A stretch of 64,000 nt of DNA from assembly GCA_964016885.1 (NCBI GenBank), contig OZ024745.1:97836001-97900000 (forward strand), given 5' to 3'. This DNA comes from Eledone cirrhosa. Taxonomy: Eukaryota. A program made the position numbers and the translations under genes. The notes under the pieces were generated by a model. The model saw nothing but the letters and a program-made list of their open reading frames with translations. It did not search any database and had not been told where the DNA came from. Shown here piece by piece: positions 28,655 through 42,760 of this stretch (position 1 is its first letter; every line of letters begins with the position of its first letter).

Positions 28655-29184
28655 TGTCGCATGGTCGGGTCGTGGGCGACTAAACCGGCAACCCCACCAA
28701 GTTTACTTGGTGAGGAGAGGGATCTTAGACACCCTGCAGGACAAAAAACAAAACCTGACAAAGGGCGGAAGAACTCATAAGAGTCAACGGCCATCCAAAA
28801 ATGTGTAAATATGTATATACACATGTACATATGTATGCATATGTGTATATACATGGGTGCATGTGTATGTATATGCGCGGGGACATAGAAAAAGTCGGGC
28901 TGGACACCCTATCGCGCGGTTAAACCACTGGAGAAGGCAACTCAGGAAACTGGGATAACTCCGATATAAAACCCGCGGCTCAGTAGTTACCGATGATGTT
29001 GATCTTTTCTTCTTTTCGGGTTATAGCTACTGTTGCTCAGAGAGTGGGATTGGCTCAGTGCCCAGTCTTTCCTCACTTTAAAAAATATCTTCACGCACAG
29101 GCATTGCACGATAGAATTAATTAATAATTATTAATAATAGTATAACGTGCAATGGCCATACTCGATAACGAGGGGGCAGCCATC
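28655..29184 (+). mobile_element. Bipartite RTE-derived non-autonomous element B
   Basis: Related 5' UTR; 3' end GCCATACTCGATAACGAGGGGGCAGCCATC(ATGT)n. Second copy at 30745-31384. Confidence 0.75.
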
Positions 29185-29574
29185 ATGTATGTATGTATGT
29201 ATGTATGTATGTATGTATGTATGTATGTATGTATGTATGTATGTATGTATGTATGTATGCATGCATGTATATATGTATGTATGTATTCATGTATGTATGT
29301 ACATATATATGTGTGTATGTATGTATGCATGTATGCATGTACGTATGTATATATGTATCTATGCATGTATATATGTATGTACGTATGTATCTGTGTATGT
29401 ATGTATGCATGTATATATGTATGTATGTATGTATGTACGCGTTTGTGTATCTACCTATGTATATATGCATTTACGCACGTATGTATATATGTAGGTACGT
29501 ATGTATGTACGTATGTATGTATGTACGTATGTATGTATATATATACGCATGTATGTATGTATTTACGCATATAT

Positions 29575-30136
29575 GTTATCTCTTTCTCTTAATTTCGAGT
29601 ATATTTTTTGACCGGCCACCTTCCTGGTGGCAAGATTGTAACAGAAAAGAAATTGTCATTCCTTGAATCGCAAGAATGTTTTGCAAATTTTGAAGGTGCC
29701 AGCTATCGCAGCCATTTGTAGACTATGAATCAGGGAGCTGCGCTCTTTGTCCGCAAATCCAAGTTCAGTTATACGTTGGTCCAAGCGAGTTGGTATGTAA
29801 CCCGTAGCTCCAATAATGATGGGTATGAAGCTAAAGGTGTATCTTGGATACTGGATTTGTAAATTCCTCATCAATGGTCCGTAGATGTCCTCCTTCTCCT
29901 GTATTTTTCTGACAACGTTTACAGCAAGTGGGCAGCTGATCTCCACAACAGAACACGTTTTCAATGTGTGTTCCCAAACAACAATATCAGGCCGGTTGTG
30001 CTTTAATTTGGTGGCAGTTTTTATTTTCAGGTTCCACCAGTATTCCTTAGTGCCATCTGACTCAATATATTCTTCCTCGTTTGCTGTTAATTTTGTTTTC
30101 CGAAGTGCGTTCCAGATGGTTCTAGCTATCCCATCG
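29575..30136 (-). mobile_element. 5'-truncated copy of a second R4/Dong family (REL domain + 3' UTR)
   Basis: KHNRPDIVVW..CSVVEISCP..KEDIYGPL..IIIGATGYIP; flanked by (TATG)n. Its terminal ~28 bp also occurs alone at 27838-27865. Confidence 0.88.
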
Positions 30137-30166
30137 TATGTATGTATGTACGTATGTATCTACGTA

Positions 30167-30726
30167 TGTCCCATGGTCGGGTCGTTGGCGAATAAACTGG
30201 CAACCCCACCAAGATTTCTTGGTGAGGAGGGTGACTTTGGACATCCTGCAAGACTAAAAACAAAACCTGTCAAAGGGCAAAGGAGCTCTTAAGAGTCAAT
30301 GGCCATTCAAAATCACCGGGAGAGATGACCCCTTAGCCTTTGTCAAGGCAGAATTCTAGGAGAAGGAAAACTCTGATATAACACCTTCAACCCTGATGGT
30401 ATCCAATGATGTTGACTTGTTCTTCTTTTTGGTAAATATCATCTTGGTTAAGAGAGTGGGACTGGCTTTGTGTAGTGCTTTTGCTCACCATAAAAGCTTC
30501 ACGGCACAGGCATTGCTTTATATCTGGAGATCTCTCTGCACTTGTCGTCACATGGTACCATGGGCTCAGCACTATGTGTCAATAATTGTCAGAAGTGTAG
30601 TGTTTGTACCAGAGTTTTCAAGTCGCTGGCTGGACTAAAAAGTCACACTTGTTCAGCGCATCGGTAGGGGTTCTCCTACATGGATATAAAGTAGTGGCCG
30701 TACTCGAAAACGAGTTGGCAGCCACC
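30167..30726 (+). mobile_element. Element A, second copy (5'-truncated)
   Basis: Aligns by eye with 28040-28599, with scattered substitutions. Confidence 0.8.
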
Positions 30727-30744
30727 ATGTACGTATGTATTTAT

Positions 30745-31384
30745 GTCGAGTCACTCTTGTAACATGTAACCCAGTTACATGTTACACTCTGATAACATGC
30801 AACCCAGTACAACCTGTCGCATGGTCGGGTCGTCGGCGACTAAACCGGCAACCCCACCAAGTTTACTTGGTGAGGAGGGGGATTTTGGACACCCTGCAGA
30901 CAAATAACAAAACCTGACAAAGGTCAGAAGAACTCATAAGAGTCAACGGCCATCCAAAAGTGTGTAAATATGTATATACACATGTACATATGTATGTATA
31001 TGTGTATATACATGGGTGCATGTGTATGTATATGCGCGGGGACATAGAAAAAGTCGGGCTGGACACCCGATCGCGCGGTTAAACCACTGGGAGTGAAGGA
31101 CCCCTAGCCTTTGTCAGGGCGTTCTTCTAGGAGAAGGCAATTCAGGAAACAGGGATAACTCCGATATAAAACCCGCGGCTCAATAGTTACCGATGATGTT
31201 GATCTTTTCTACTTTTCGGGTTATAGCTACTGTTGCTCAGAGAGTGGGATTGGTTCAGTGCACAGTCTTTCCTCACTTAAAAAAATATCTTCACGCAGAG
31301 GCATTGCACGATAGAATTAATTAATAATTATTAATAAGGTTATATCGTAAAATGGCCATACTCGATAACGAGGGGACAGCCATC
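30745..31384 (+). mobile_element. Element B, second copy
   Basis: Aligns with 28655-29184 and retains a ~40-bp segment missing from the first copy. Confidence 0.8.
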
Positions 31385-32446
31385 ATGTATGTGTGTATGT
31401 ATGTATGTATGTATGTATGTATGTATGTATGTATGTATGTATGTATGTATGTATGTATGCATGTATATACGCATGTATGTATGTACGTTTGTATGTATTT
31501 ACGTAGGTATGTATGTATGAACCTACGTATGTATGTATGTATGTATGTATGTATGTATGTATGTATGTATGTATGTATGTGTGTGTGTATGTATGTATGT
31601 ATGTATGTACGCATGTATGTATGTACGCATGTATGTATGTACGTAGGTATGTATTTACGTAGGTATGTATGTATGTATGAACCTACGTATGTATGTATGT
31701 ATGTATGTATGTATGTATGTATGTATGTATGTATGTATGTATGTATGTATGTATGTATGTATGTATGTATGTATGTATGTATGTATGTATGCATGTATAT
31801 ACGCATGTATGTATGTATGTATGTATGTATGTATGTATGTATGTATGTATGTATGTATGTATGTATGTATGTATGTATGTATGTATGTATGTATGTATGT
31901 ATGTGTGTGTGTATGTATGTATGTATGTATGTACGCATGTATGTATGTACGCATGTATGTATGTACGTAGGTATGTATTTACGTAGGTATGTATGTATGT
32001 ATGAACCTACGTATGTATGTATGTATGTATGTATGTATGTATGTATGTATGTATGTATGTATGTATGTATGTATGTATGTATGTATGTATGTGTGTGTGT
32101 ATGTATGTATGTATGTATGTACGCATGTATGTATGTACGTATGTATGTATGTATGTATGTATGTATGTATGTACGCATGTATGTATGTATGTATGTATGT
32201 ATGTATGTATGTATGTACGTTTGTATGTATTTACGTAGGTATGTATGTATGTATGAACCTACGTATGTATGTATGTATGTATGTATGTATGTATGTATGT
32301 ATGTATGTATGTATGTATGTATGTATGTATGTATGTATGTACGCATGTATGTATGTATGTATGTATGTATGTATGTATGTATGTATGTATGTATGTATGT
32401 ATGTATGTATGTATGTATGTATGTATGTATGTATGTATGTATGTAT
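31385..32446. repeat. (TATG)n array with higher-order duplicated variant blocks
   Basis: The marker TATTTACGTAGG..GAACCTACG recurs four times. Confidence 0.93.
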
Positions 32447-32666
32447 GGACCTGTAACTCCTGATGCAGTTGTGTGGGATGAGCTGTAGTGACATATGACG
32501 TGTCTTGGTCACTTAAAACCTGATGGAGTCCAACCGACTTCCTGTATAGGAGGAGAGAGCTTGTGAAAGAGAGGGAGTAATAGAGGGTTATAGAGGGAGG
32601 GAGACTGTGAGAGAGGGGGAGTAAGAACGATATATAGAGGGGGAGAGATTGTGAGAGAAAGTGATA

Positions 32667-32713
<47 letters not shown>

Positions 32714-32717
32714 AATA

Positions 32718-32753
<36 letters not shown>

Positions 32754-32929
32754 CAAAGAAAGAAATTGAGAAAGAGATATAGGAGGGAGGGAGAATGTGA
32801 GAGAGAGGAAGTGAGAACGGTATATAGAAAGAAAGAGAATGTGAGAGAGGGGGAGTGAGAAGGGATATAGAGGAAGAGAGAATGTGAGAGAGAGAGAGGA
32901 AGTGAGAAAGAATATAGAGGGAGAGAGAA

Positions 32930-33004
<75 letters not shown>

Positions 33005-33059
33005 TAAAGGAAGAATCCGCCTCAGTACTGAACTTGTACTTTTTTATCAACCTCTAAAT

Positions 33060-34446
33060 CAGTGATTCTCAACCAGTGTGCCGCGGCACACTGGTGTGCT
33101 GCGAGATCTTCCTAAGTGCGCCGCGAAATTTTGAACAGCACACTAAGAAAATGCGAAAAACCATGTGATCCCAAATTAGTATTCAGTCTGTGGTGTAACA
33201 TGTTGCACCACAGAGCTTTGTTCATTTAGGGATGAGCGAAATGTTTCCAAATGTCGCAATGCTAAAAATTCTATATCTTTTATTGTCTCGTTCGTCATTA
33301 GTATTGAACATATGAGTGGATATTGGTCATTACTTGTCTTAAGGTGGGACTCCCCCGGAAGAAAAATAAATTATTATATCATGCATCTTTTTTTCACTTT
33401 TATGGTAGAATCTACCTTTAAAACAAATGATATATTTCTTTTTCCCCTAGTCCTAATTTTTGCTGAGATATGACCAAAAATGGTTGAACAATAGCGTAAT
33501 TATCAGAGTTCTTTTAAGAAAATCCAAATAAGCTATGAAGATGATTTTTACATTTTTAGAATCAGAAAACCAGTCATTGTATGGTAACAGAAGCTTTTTT
33601 TTGTTGATATTTTGCAAAAGAAAATATCGTCATTAGTGTGCTGGGCAGTAAAAAAACTGAAAAAAAAATCACATTTGTTTTTATAAAAGTGACTATAACA
33701 TTTTTTCAAGGCAGAATAGGCTTCTGTCACGATGAAGCTACTATTATAAGCAAGGTCTCCTCAAAATTTCAAGCAAATCTATCGAGTAGATTTTCTGGAA
33801 AGAGCTTTGAAATTTTGAGAAGTACCCATTTTGAGAAAATTGCCTGTAAAAATTAGAAGTTATCAATGTTAAGTTATTAATGCACACTGAGGTTCGCTCG
33901 CTGTCGAAAGGCAAAGTACTAAATGTGTTCACGAACTGCACAAGGAATTACTATCATTTTTTCTCCAGGAAAAGCAGAAGAAATTCTGTGAATACCTTAG
34001 TTGCGAATTTTGAATGTCTAAAATGGAATACCTAACAGAAATATTTAGTGAACTAAATAAAACAAACAGTGGTATGCAAGGTAAACACGAAAATATTCTC
34101 AATTCAACAGACAAGTTAGTTGCTCTCAAAAACAGCAAGCGTGAGAGATTACGTACGACGGAAGAAGAAATGAGGGTGTGTCTGTCTCATATTCGACCAA
34201 ACATTGAGGAAATTATGAATAAAAGCCAGGCACAAATTTCTCACTAAAGAAGCCAGCTATTTGACTGATGAAATTCGAAACACTGTAATAAAGTAAGTTC
34301 ATAGCTGTGTTTTTCTTTATTTAGTTTGAGTCATTCTATGTGTCTATGACTAGTTTGTGTCTACGGTTGTATACTGTCTATCACTTGCCATGTTTTTATT
34401 CTGTAAAATTCAAATATTTTTCATATATATTTAGCCAGGTGTGCCG

Positions 34447-34447
<1 letters not shown>
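33060..34447 (+). mobile_element. Internally deleted hAT (Charlie/Buster-type) transposon
   Basis: Left end CAGTGATTCTCAACC with GTGTGCCGC subterminal repeats. Transposase pieces LLMHTEVRSLSKGKVL, YLTEIFSELN..N..MQG..NIL...DKL.ALK and EMRVCLS.IRPNIEEI..KSQAQISH*. Right TIR not seen. Confidence 0.85.
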
Positions 34448-34486
<39 letters not shown>

Positions 34487-34829
34487 AAAGGAAGTACAGT
34501 ATAATCGAAGCTCTGGCTGCAGCTAAGCTAACGAATGCAATCGGAATGTGCAGCTAAGCACTCAATAAGGTATTTTACCTATATATGCTTTATTCCTTTA
34601 CTATTCTGAGTATATATTTGTCAAGTCTGGAATATTCCAGTCTAGTAATTCTTTATAGTCTTCATAAAAGAGTTATTTCTTACTTCATATATATTTCAGT
34701 ATCTCCTTCAGTTGAATCTCATCATTTAACATCTCTCTAGGTTTGATAATTCCATGTCACAGCCCTGAAAAAGGATCTCAGAAGTAGTCAATAATTTGTT
34801 TGTAACACCTCACAGATGTACTACGTCTT

Positions 34830-35130
34830 GTTGATTCACTGTGGCTGACTTCGCAATTATTTGGTCCCAGGTTCGATCTCACTACGTGGCAACTTGAGCA
34901 AGTGTCATTTACCTCAGCTTCAGATCAAACGTTGCCTTGTGGAGGAAATTGTGTGGACGGAAACTGTTTAGATGCCCGTCGGGTGGACTGTATCTGTAAT
35001 TCAACGGACCGGCATTGTTACATACTGTGTTATGTTGAATCTCTCTGAGAATTACGTTAATGGTAAACATGAATGCGGAATGCTCAGCCATTTAAACACT
35101 AATTACATTAGTAACATGCTTTTCTGTTAA
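34830..35130 (+). mobile_element. SINE family 2 copy
   Basis: B box GGTTCGATCTC followed by the reverse complement of the family 2 core. Confidence 0.65.
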
Positions 35131-35790
35131 CTCGAAACAGCGGTCCATTCCGTGTTACATCTATGGGCTTTTGTTACTCTATTCCAGCAGCAGGGCCTCC
35201 AAGAGAAATTTTGCAAGGCGGTACAAGACCTCTATGGGGCCCGAAGCAGGCAAATAATTTTCTAAAAATGAATGTTGAATGGTTGCTATGGGCCCCGGAA
35301 CAAAGTACTAGCTAGACCTCCTTCTCATAGGCCCTGCCAGCGGATAGGAACTATACCATGTTATTAATTTGTTCATAACTGTTTTAACTATACCACCACG
35401 CCTTATACTTGGCATTTCATTTCTCTCTACAACTTGTATACATTTCACCTTATAGCCGAACAATCTATGAAATGGACATATGTGGTCCTGTGTTACACTT
35501 AAAAACATCATGGCCGTCACCTTTGTAAATTAAATTTGAATGAAGGCAGAACACCCTTTGTTTACTTGACTATCACAAAGTTCCATGAAATTTTAAATTT
35601 ACAGACCCCACCACCACCACCGTTAAGTGTTCCACGTCGTAAATAGTTTTTCTTTATCTCATTTATTCCTTTCAGTAATATTAAATTGTTCAATTATTTC
35701 AAAATAAACACCACCTCACACATAATAATGCCTCAAATGCAGAAGATAAGGGTGTTTGTTACTATGTCCCCCTCCTCCTCCTCCTCCTCC

Positions 35791-35823
<33 letters not shown>

Positions 35824-35939
35824 CCAACATCATCACCACCACCATCATCATCATCATCACATCACCACCACCACCACCACCACCGTTATCAATATCATCA
35901 TTGTCATCAAGTTCCCGCAACTGGTGTAACTAGTTGGTA

Positions 35940-36510
35940 TATCATTCAAGATGTTTTCTCAGTGAGCATGCGCCACAGGTTTCAATCTTCTGCCATGCAG
36001 AGAAGAGACGAGGTGTGGTAATCTATCCAGTCTTTGTTGTCGGACAAGGACTTTCTTTGTCTGTTTATTCTTTGGGTCTTGAAGGATAGTTTTAAACCGA
36101 GTGTCCTGGCTGAACACGTGACCATCCTAAGTGAACTTCCGATTTTTACCATGTACGTTGGCTTTAATAGATTTCATTCAGATTAATCAATTTTCTTGCT
36201 TTCTCCATAGCATCTTCTGTTTTTCCTGTGCCTGAAAATTAATGTAGTCTATTATTTCCTCCAAATCGCTTGAAAAGCAGTCTATTTTACGTCCACCGAT
36301 ATTTTAGCATTGCGGGTGGTACGCTTGTAAATAAAACTATAAATTAATGTCTTCTCTCTGTAGTCAAAACACGCTGGATTGAAAATGCTTGTAGTTTTGT
36401 TGCTACAATTTCGTAGCATGTTTTTATATTTCTGCATCCAATCCAATCAAATAGTTTCTTTCTTTTCTTTTTCTTTCTGCTTTCTCAACTCCCAAACATA
36501 TCCTTCGTTA
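35940..36510 (-). mobile_element. Decayed RTE-like LINE 3' remnant
   Basis: Weak RT C-terminal fragments (GHV..KTILQ..DN.DW) upstream of a (GAT)n tract on the minus strand. Confidence 0.35.
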
Positions 36511-37513
36511 TTGATACATCATAATAGCTTTAAATGACCTTCTGCTCTTGAACGATCGGCTGTTTTTCTTGGCATTGAGTGGACGCCATCTTTTAAACAG
36601 CACGATAGCTGTAAACAGCCATCAAAATATTCGTCTATCCTGATTTATATATAAACTTGTGTTTTATTGTTTACAAATATAAATTGTCGAGGTGAATTAC
36701 TCTGTAGGTTCCATTTTCGTAGTGACTGTGTTTTGTAGACTTATAAAATTGCTATGTATTTATTAACTCAAGAGACTTACTGCCGCACGTATAATTAAAA
36801 TAAAGGCGTACATGAGTCTAAATACAATATGTTTATGTATAATAGATATATATTTAGTCTTTCTGTGAGTGTTCTAAACTGTTAACATATCATAACATAT
36901 ATGGCTTTGTTTCTCCACGACCATTTAAATAATTCTTCCAGCAGAGAATTCTCTTCAAAGTTCACTTCTGTTTCTTTATAATAGTAGTTGCCATAATGAA
37001 AGAGATATTGCAGAAGTTCGTGTATCGAGAGTCCATATTTTATTACATTCAAGCTAGACAGCTAACTCAATATTATCTTAGTTAGCCCAGTTGTCAGGAA
37101 TAGTAACCAGGCATTCTCAGAAACGCTATTTGTTATAGAGTAAATAGCATCCTAACCAGGAGTATATCGATATCACATCAGTTTAATTACAAAAAAAAAA
37201 TATCCGAGTTCAGAGACAAGTATATGGATCGCCATGATTGTTGAACTAATTAACTGTATCTAGGCGTGTATAATATAAAGAACTGAATCATCGATATTGT
37301 GCCAAAAATAAAAGAAAGAGAAAGAAATAGAAAGGAGGGAAAGAAAGAGAAGAAGAAAAGACACTAAAAAAAAAAAAGATAGGAAAATAGAGCGTGCGAA
37401 ATTCTTTGAAAATAAAACTTAACAGAAATCTTCAAAAATAGCTCAGCGCATAAATGATACATACATACGTGCATACATACATACTACATACATACATATA
37501 TACAATTACATAC

Positions 37514-38162
<649 letters not shown>

Positions 38163-38789
38163 TTCTTTCTTTTCTTAATATATATAGAAGTTCAAAAGAC
38201 ATAAATTTTAAAGAATATCTACTCGAAAATATATAAAGGAAGAAAAGAAATTTCTGAAGTAATTTATGAAGCTTCAACTGAAAAAAAAGAGAAAAATAAA
38301 ACATTTGAAAAAGTAAATGTATTCTGAATATACACTATTTTTTTCTTCTTAATATGTAATATATTGAACCGCGCAATATCAGGAGAAGTTTAATATATCA
38401 AACCAATATTATAAGGATGGTAAACAATTTAAAGCTAAAAGCACATAATACTCATTGTGAAGCTTCACATGAAACTCTTTAAAGTAATGATTTGTACATC
38501 AAACATTATAAATTTAGATTTTCTGTTTTTCAATAAATATCAAACACTGATATATAGTACATACTCTGCACAATGTTGCACCCTAATAACAAGTTGTTGT
38601 TATTGTATTGTTATTGTTATTAATATTATAATCCTTTCGAGGACAGGAGTATTACAGAAGCCATACAACCGTATCTCACAATTGAGTATGACTTGGTAGA
38701 ATGTACCATGCTTTCGGTAAGGGTTTTAGGTGCCCGTACAGTCATGGATAGATACAGGCACAGACACATTCTCGACTCTCTCTCTCTCA

Positions 38790-38877
<88 letters not shown>

Positions 38878-39742
38878 CTCTTCCTATATATATATATATA
38901 TATATAATTGAGATGAGCGGAACAAGCAAACATTAAACAATCTTTTAAATAAATTTAAATACGATTTAAATATTCACCTGTCCAAAATGTGATTACCGAC
39001 GGTTTCGCTTCACAAAAGATTGGAAATCCAGAGAATTTCCAACGGAAAGATCAACTCTTCAGAGAGCTATTTCCATTCTATAGGACGTAAAGTCTCACAG
39101 TTTGTAAATATATCGCTTACTGCCAGATAGTATGAAGTCAGGCCGTTAAAGTGACCCACACATAAACTGCCCGTTAGTAAAAGCGGGAATATTATAGACG
39201 TGTTGTTTGCCACGCCACTAAAAAATAGCAGCAAGTTACAACGTTTTTTTCTCTACGCATGGGAGAATATACATAAAATGAGATTAATATCCCCACAGCT
39301 ACTAAGTACCTACGGAAATATATAGGGTGTCTATAATACATTTGTTGTTCAATGGTATATATATATATTTTTTTCTCTCTCTCTCTGTCTAGATCCGGTG
39401 AAACATCTAGGATTTGGCAGCTGGAAGAAAAGGGAGTTATCCCGAAAAGATGAATGGCAAAGTGGACCCCGCAGGATTTGAACTCGGAATGCAGAGACCC
39501 TGAACAAACCTCCAACGCTCTAGCAACTGTGCTAAATTGACGGCCCAGCAGAAACCTGCAACGTTGTTCTAAATGTATCTATTACAATACATAGTTGTGC
39601 CATTTCACGTTCTAGCATTAAGGGCCACCGAAATCGACTTCAGGAATCGATAAAATATGCAAATATTAGTGTCAATTTAATTTACTAACACATCACCATA
39701 AGACTCCCCTGGCTTTATATCAATATTAGAACGCATCATCCG

Positions 39743-39946
39743 CTGGATTGGCAGAATCGTTAGAGCGTCCCACAATAGGCTTTGTAGTGTTTACGTTCTG
39801 AGTTCAAATCCCGCTGAGGACAATTTTGCCTGACATTTTTCCGAGGTCGGTTAAATAGAGTACCAGTTAAATATTGGAGTCTATATAATCGACTCAACTC
39901 TCCCAAATAGTTGGCTTCGTACCTGAATTAGAAACCAATATTATTA
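39743..39946 (+). mobile_element. SINE family 1 copy
   Basis: A box TGGCAGAATCG, B box GAGTTCAAATCCC, 3' AGAAACCAATATTATT. Confidence 0.8.
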
Positions 39947-40043
39947 TTGTTTTGGTTGATGAACGAGGGAATCGATAGAGCGCTAATCAGAACGTCTTGT
40001 GTTATTTATTATTTTTCAAATGCCTTAACCAGTTGTTTATACG

Positions 40044-40106
<63 letters not shown>

Positions 40107-40182
40107 GGATTCGTGAGTTTTATATCGGATAATAATGATATTATAATAATATTATTAAAGTTCGATTTTATATATATTTATA

Positions 40183-40233
<51 letters not shown>

Positions 40234-40719
40234 TATATTATTCATATGTAATCCATGTGCAACCACGCAGCACGCCATTTTTCATATATATATATATATA
40301 TATATGTGTGTATATATACGTTTAAATGTGGTGGTCCACCACTGGGTAGAATTGGTCATTCTGCATGTTAATTATGCTGTAATGGTAGGAAAGCACACGA
40401 CGTTACACAACTCATCCATCTTTGATGATGAACCCTGCTGAGAGACGGCGAGCTAAAATAACAACAGGCTACCACGATCGTGTCTGAGTCAAAAACAAAA
40501 ACACTTTTTTTTTTTCTCTTTTTTTTTTTTTTACTTTTTTCCTTAAAGCCTCTTGCAATGTATTTACCTTCATTCCTTTGTTACACAAGTATTATGCATT
40601 ATACACCTGAAGATATCACCAGGTTCTTACGCAACCTAGCCACTGAAATGTGCATAGTATTTGCAGAAATACATAATTAAGGGAATTTAACCTGCCTGGA
40701 CTCCTGTCATTTTACTTTA

Positions 40720-40978
40720 TAAAATGGCGTAGGATAGAAGAAAGGAAAGGCACAGAAACGAAGAAAGAAATCCCCAGTCACTGAAGAGGTCACAGAGTGT
40801 GTGACGAAAGAACTATGACTATATATATATAAACAACTATCTGGTTGTGGAACCAACCAACCAACCAGAAATTTATAAATTTGTAAATTTATAAATATAT
40901 AATAAATTAAATTGAAGTGAACGCAACTGGTGCGTGTGTTTCTTATTGGCAACATGACCCTCCCAAAGTATAACAATA
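40720..40978 (+). mobile_element. Solo pLTR related to the Penelope element at 7604-10089
   Basis: Shares AAAATGGCGTAG, the hammerhead, CCAACCAA and the TGACCCTCCC.AAGTATAACAATAT terminus with 9813-10089. Confidence 0.78.
40776..40820 (+). ncRNA. Minimal type I hammerhead ribozyme
   Basis: AGTCA-CTGAAGA-G-GTCACA/TGTGAC-GAAA-GAAC-TA-TGACT. Stems I and II are perfect; stem II covaries with the 9856 copy. Confidence 0.8.
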
Positions 40979-41928
40979 TATATATATTACTTTATAATAT
41001 ATATATAATGAGCTGAAAACGATTCTCGCTAATTTATATTTATATATATATATATATATTCCTAGACCTACACTCATATTCACTAGTGTGTATACATACA
41101 TGCAGTGTACAGCTGTACTTGACGACGAAGAAAAAAAAAATGTGTTTAAACGTTAAAGGTTTATTTTCATATTCACATAAATACATATTTACCGAAATAA
41201 CTGATGCTGGAAAATAATTAGTCCAGTACACAGTCAGTAGCAGATAAGAGATTAGATTAAGACTTAGTTATATTTTTGTATTTACACAATCAGTAGGTAC
41301 TGGTCACGGTAAAAATGTTACAGACAGAAATACGAAAATTGTCAATACAACATGAACATTCCTTCTAGAAAGGAAAATACACATTCATAATAAGTCAGTC
41401 ATTTGGTAAAGTATCCGAGGTCACTGGGTTTATTGAAAGGTCTGTGTGAGGTTCTTCCTGGGTGATCGCACCGATTCACATTCACAGTACTTAAGGGACA
41501 TACTTACATCTACATAATAGGAATTTTTCACAGGCTTTGGAAATTCGCCAATGTATAGAAGAGTTTTACTACACTTATGGTTATACCTGTGGTTTTGAGG
41601 AATTTTGCTGTACCTATGGTCAGAGGTGTAACTAGGGAAAATAGTGCCTCTGGAAAGCAGTTAAATTGCGCAACTACCCAAACATCTGACACTCATCTTT
41701 CTGATAATCATAAAATCAGTTTTAAAAAAATACCAATCGTGTTTGTTAATTTTTTAATTGAAAAGAAAACATGAAAATTACAATTTCACCTTGCTTGCTT
41801 TTACTGATGCAAATAGCTTATCTGTCTTTAATAGAAAGTGCTCCTAGAACAAGCGGTACTTCCCTTCAAGAGGAACAAGATAAAGTTGACCTCGACAGGA
41901 TTTGAACTGAGAAGTGAAACGCCAGAAC

Positions 41929-42026
<98 letters not shown>

Positions 42027-42322
42027 AGTAGAAGGGGTATTTAATTTGTTGGAAATCCGACAAATATAAATATAAATGTTTATAACTGATTTAGAGCACT
42101 CAACAGTTTCCTGGAGTAAATATTCAATGATATTAAATAAATGGAAACTATATTTATAAAACCAGGTTTAAATAAACGGTTGTTTTTCAATTATCTACAT
42201 ATTCATTTGCATATTCACCCATAAGTTTGAAAAATCCCTAATACATTTCCACTATCCAGAGAATATCCAACTGATCACGTATGATTTTCCTGGGTATGTC
42301 GCTATTTATAAAACAAACTTTG

Positions 42323-42385
42323 TATTTTATCTGAAGAAAGCGTACCAAAGTGTTTTGGTACCCTTGAAATATATATAATAAAATA
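42323..42385 (+). ncRNA. Type I hammerhead, C-C mismatch family, copy 1
   Basis: TATTTTAT-CTGAAGA-AAGCGTACCAAA/TTTGGTACCCTT-GAAA-TATATA-TA-ATAAAATA. Confidence 0.82.
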
Positions 42386-42422
42386 AATATGGTTTTATAA
42401 ATATAGTTTTTTTATTTAGTAT

Positions 42423-42515
<93 letters not shown>

Positions 42516-42597
42516 CAATGATACTAAATAAAAAAACTATATTTATAAAACCATATTTATTTTATTATATATATATGTATATAAATATATATATATA

Positions 42598-42690
42598 GCG
42601 TCCGAAACGTTAAGACCCTCTTCCTGCTATATCAAGCGTTAACCTAATATATCCCTTCCATGGTGTCGTTATTTCTGTTTATCTTTTACA
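42598..42690 (+). mobile_element. Short pLTR-tail-like fragment beginning with a half hammerhead (CCGAAACGTTA)
   Basis: The AGCGTTAACCTAATA motif has an inverted relative at ~48270-48345 (AGCGTGAAACTAATA); both abut (TA)n. Confidence 0.45.
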
Positions 42691-42760
42691 TACACACACA
42701 CATATAAACACATATGGAATGTAGAAAAGTAACACACGAGTTGATATATATAAAAACAAA

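Noticed and set aside
34255-34295. CTGATGA-AATTC-GAAA as a hammerhead
   Set aside because: No stem II or stem I pairing; lies in the hAT 3' region.
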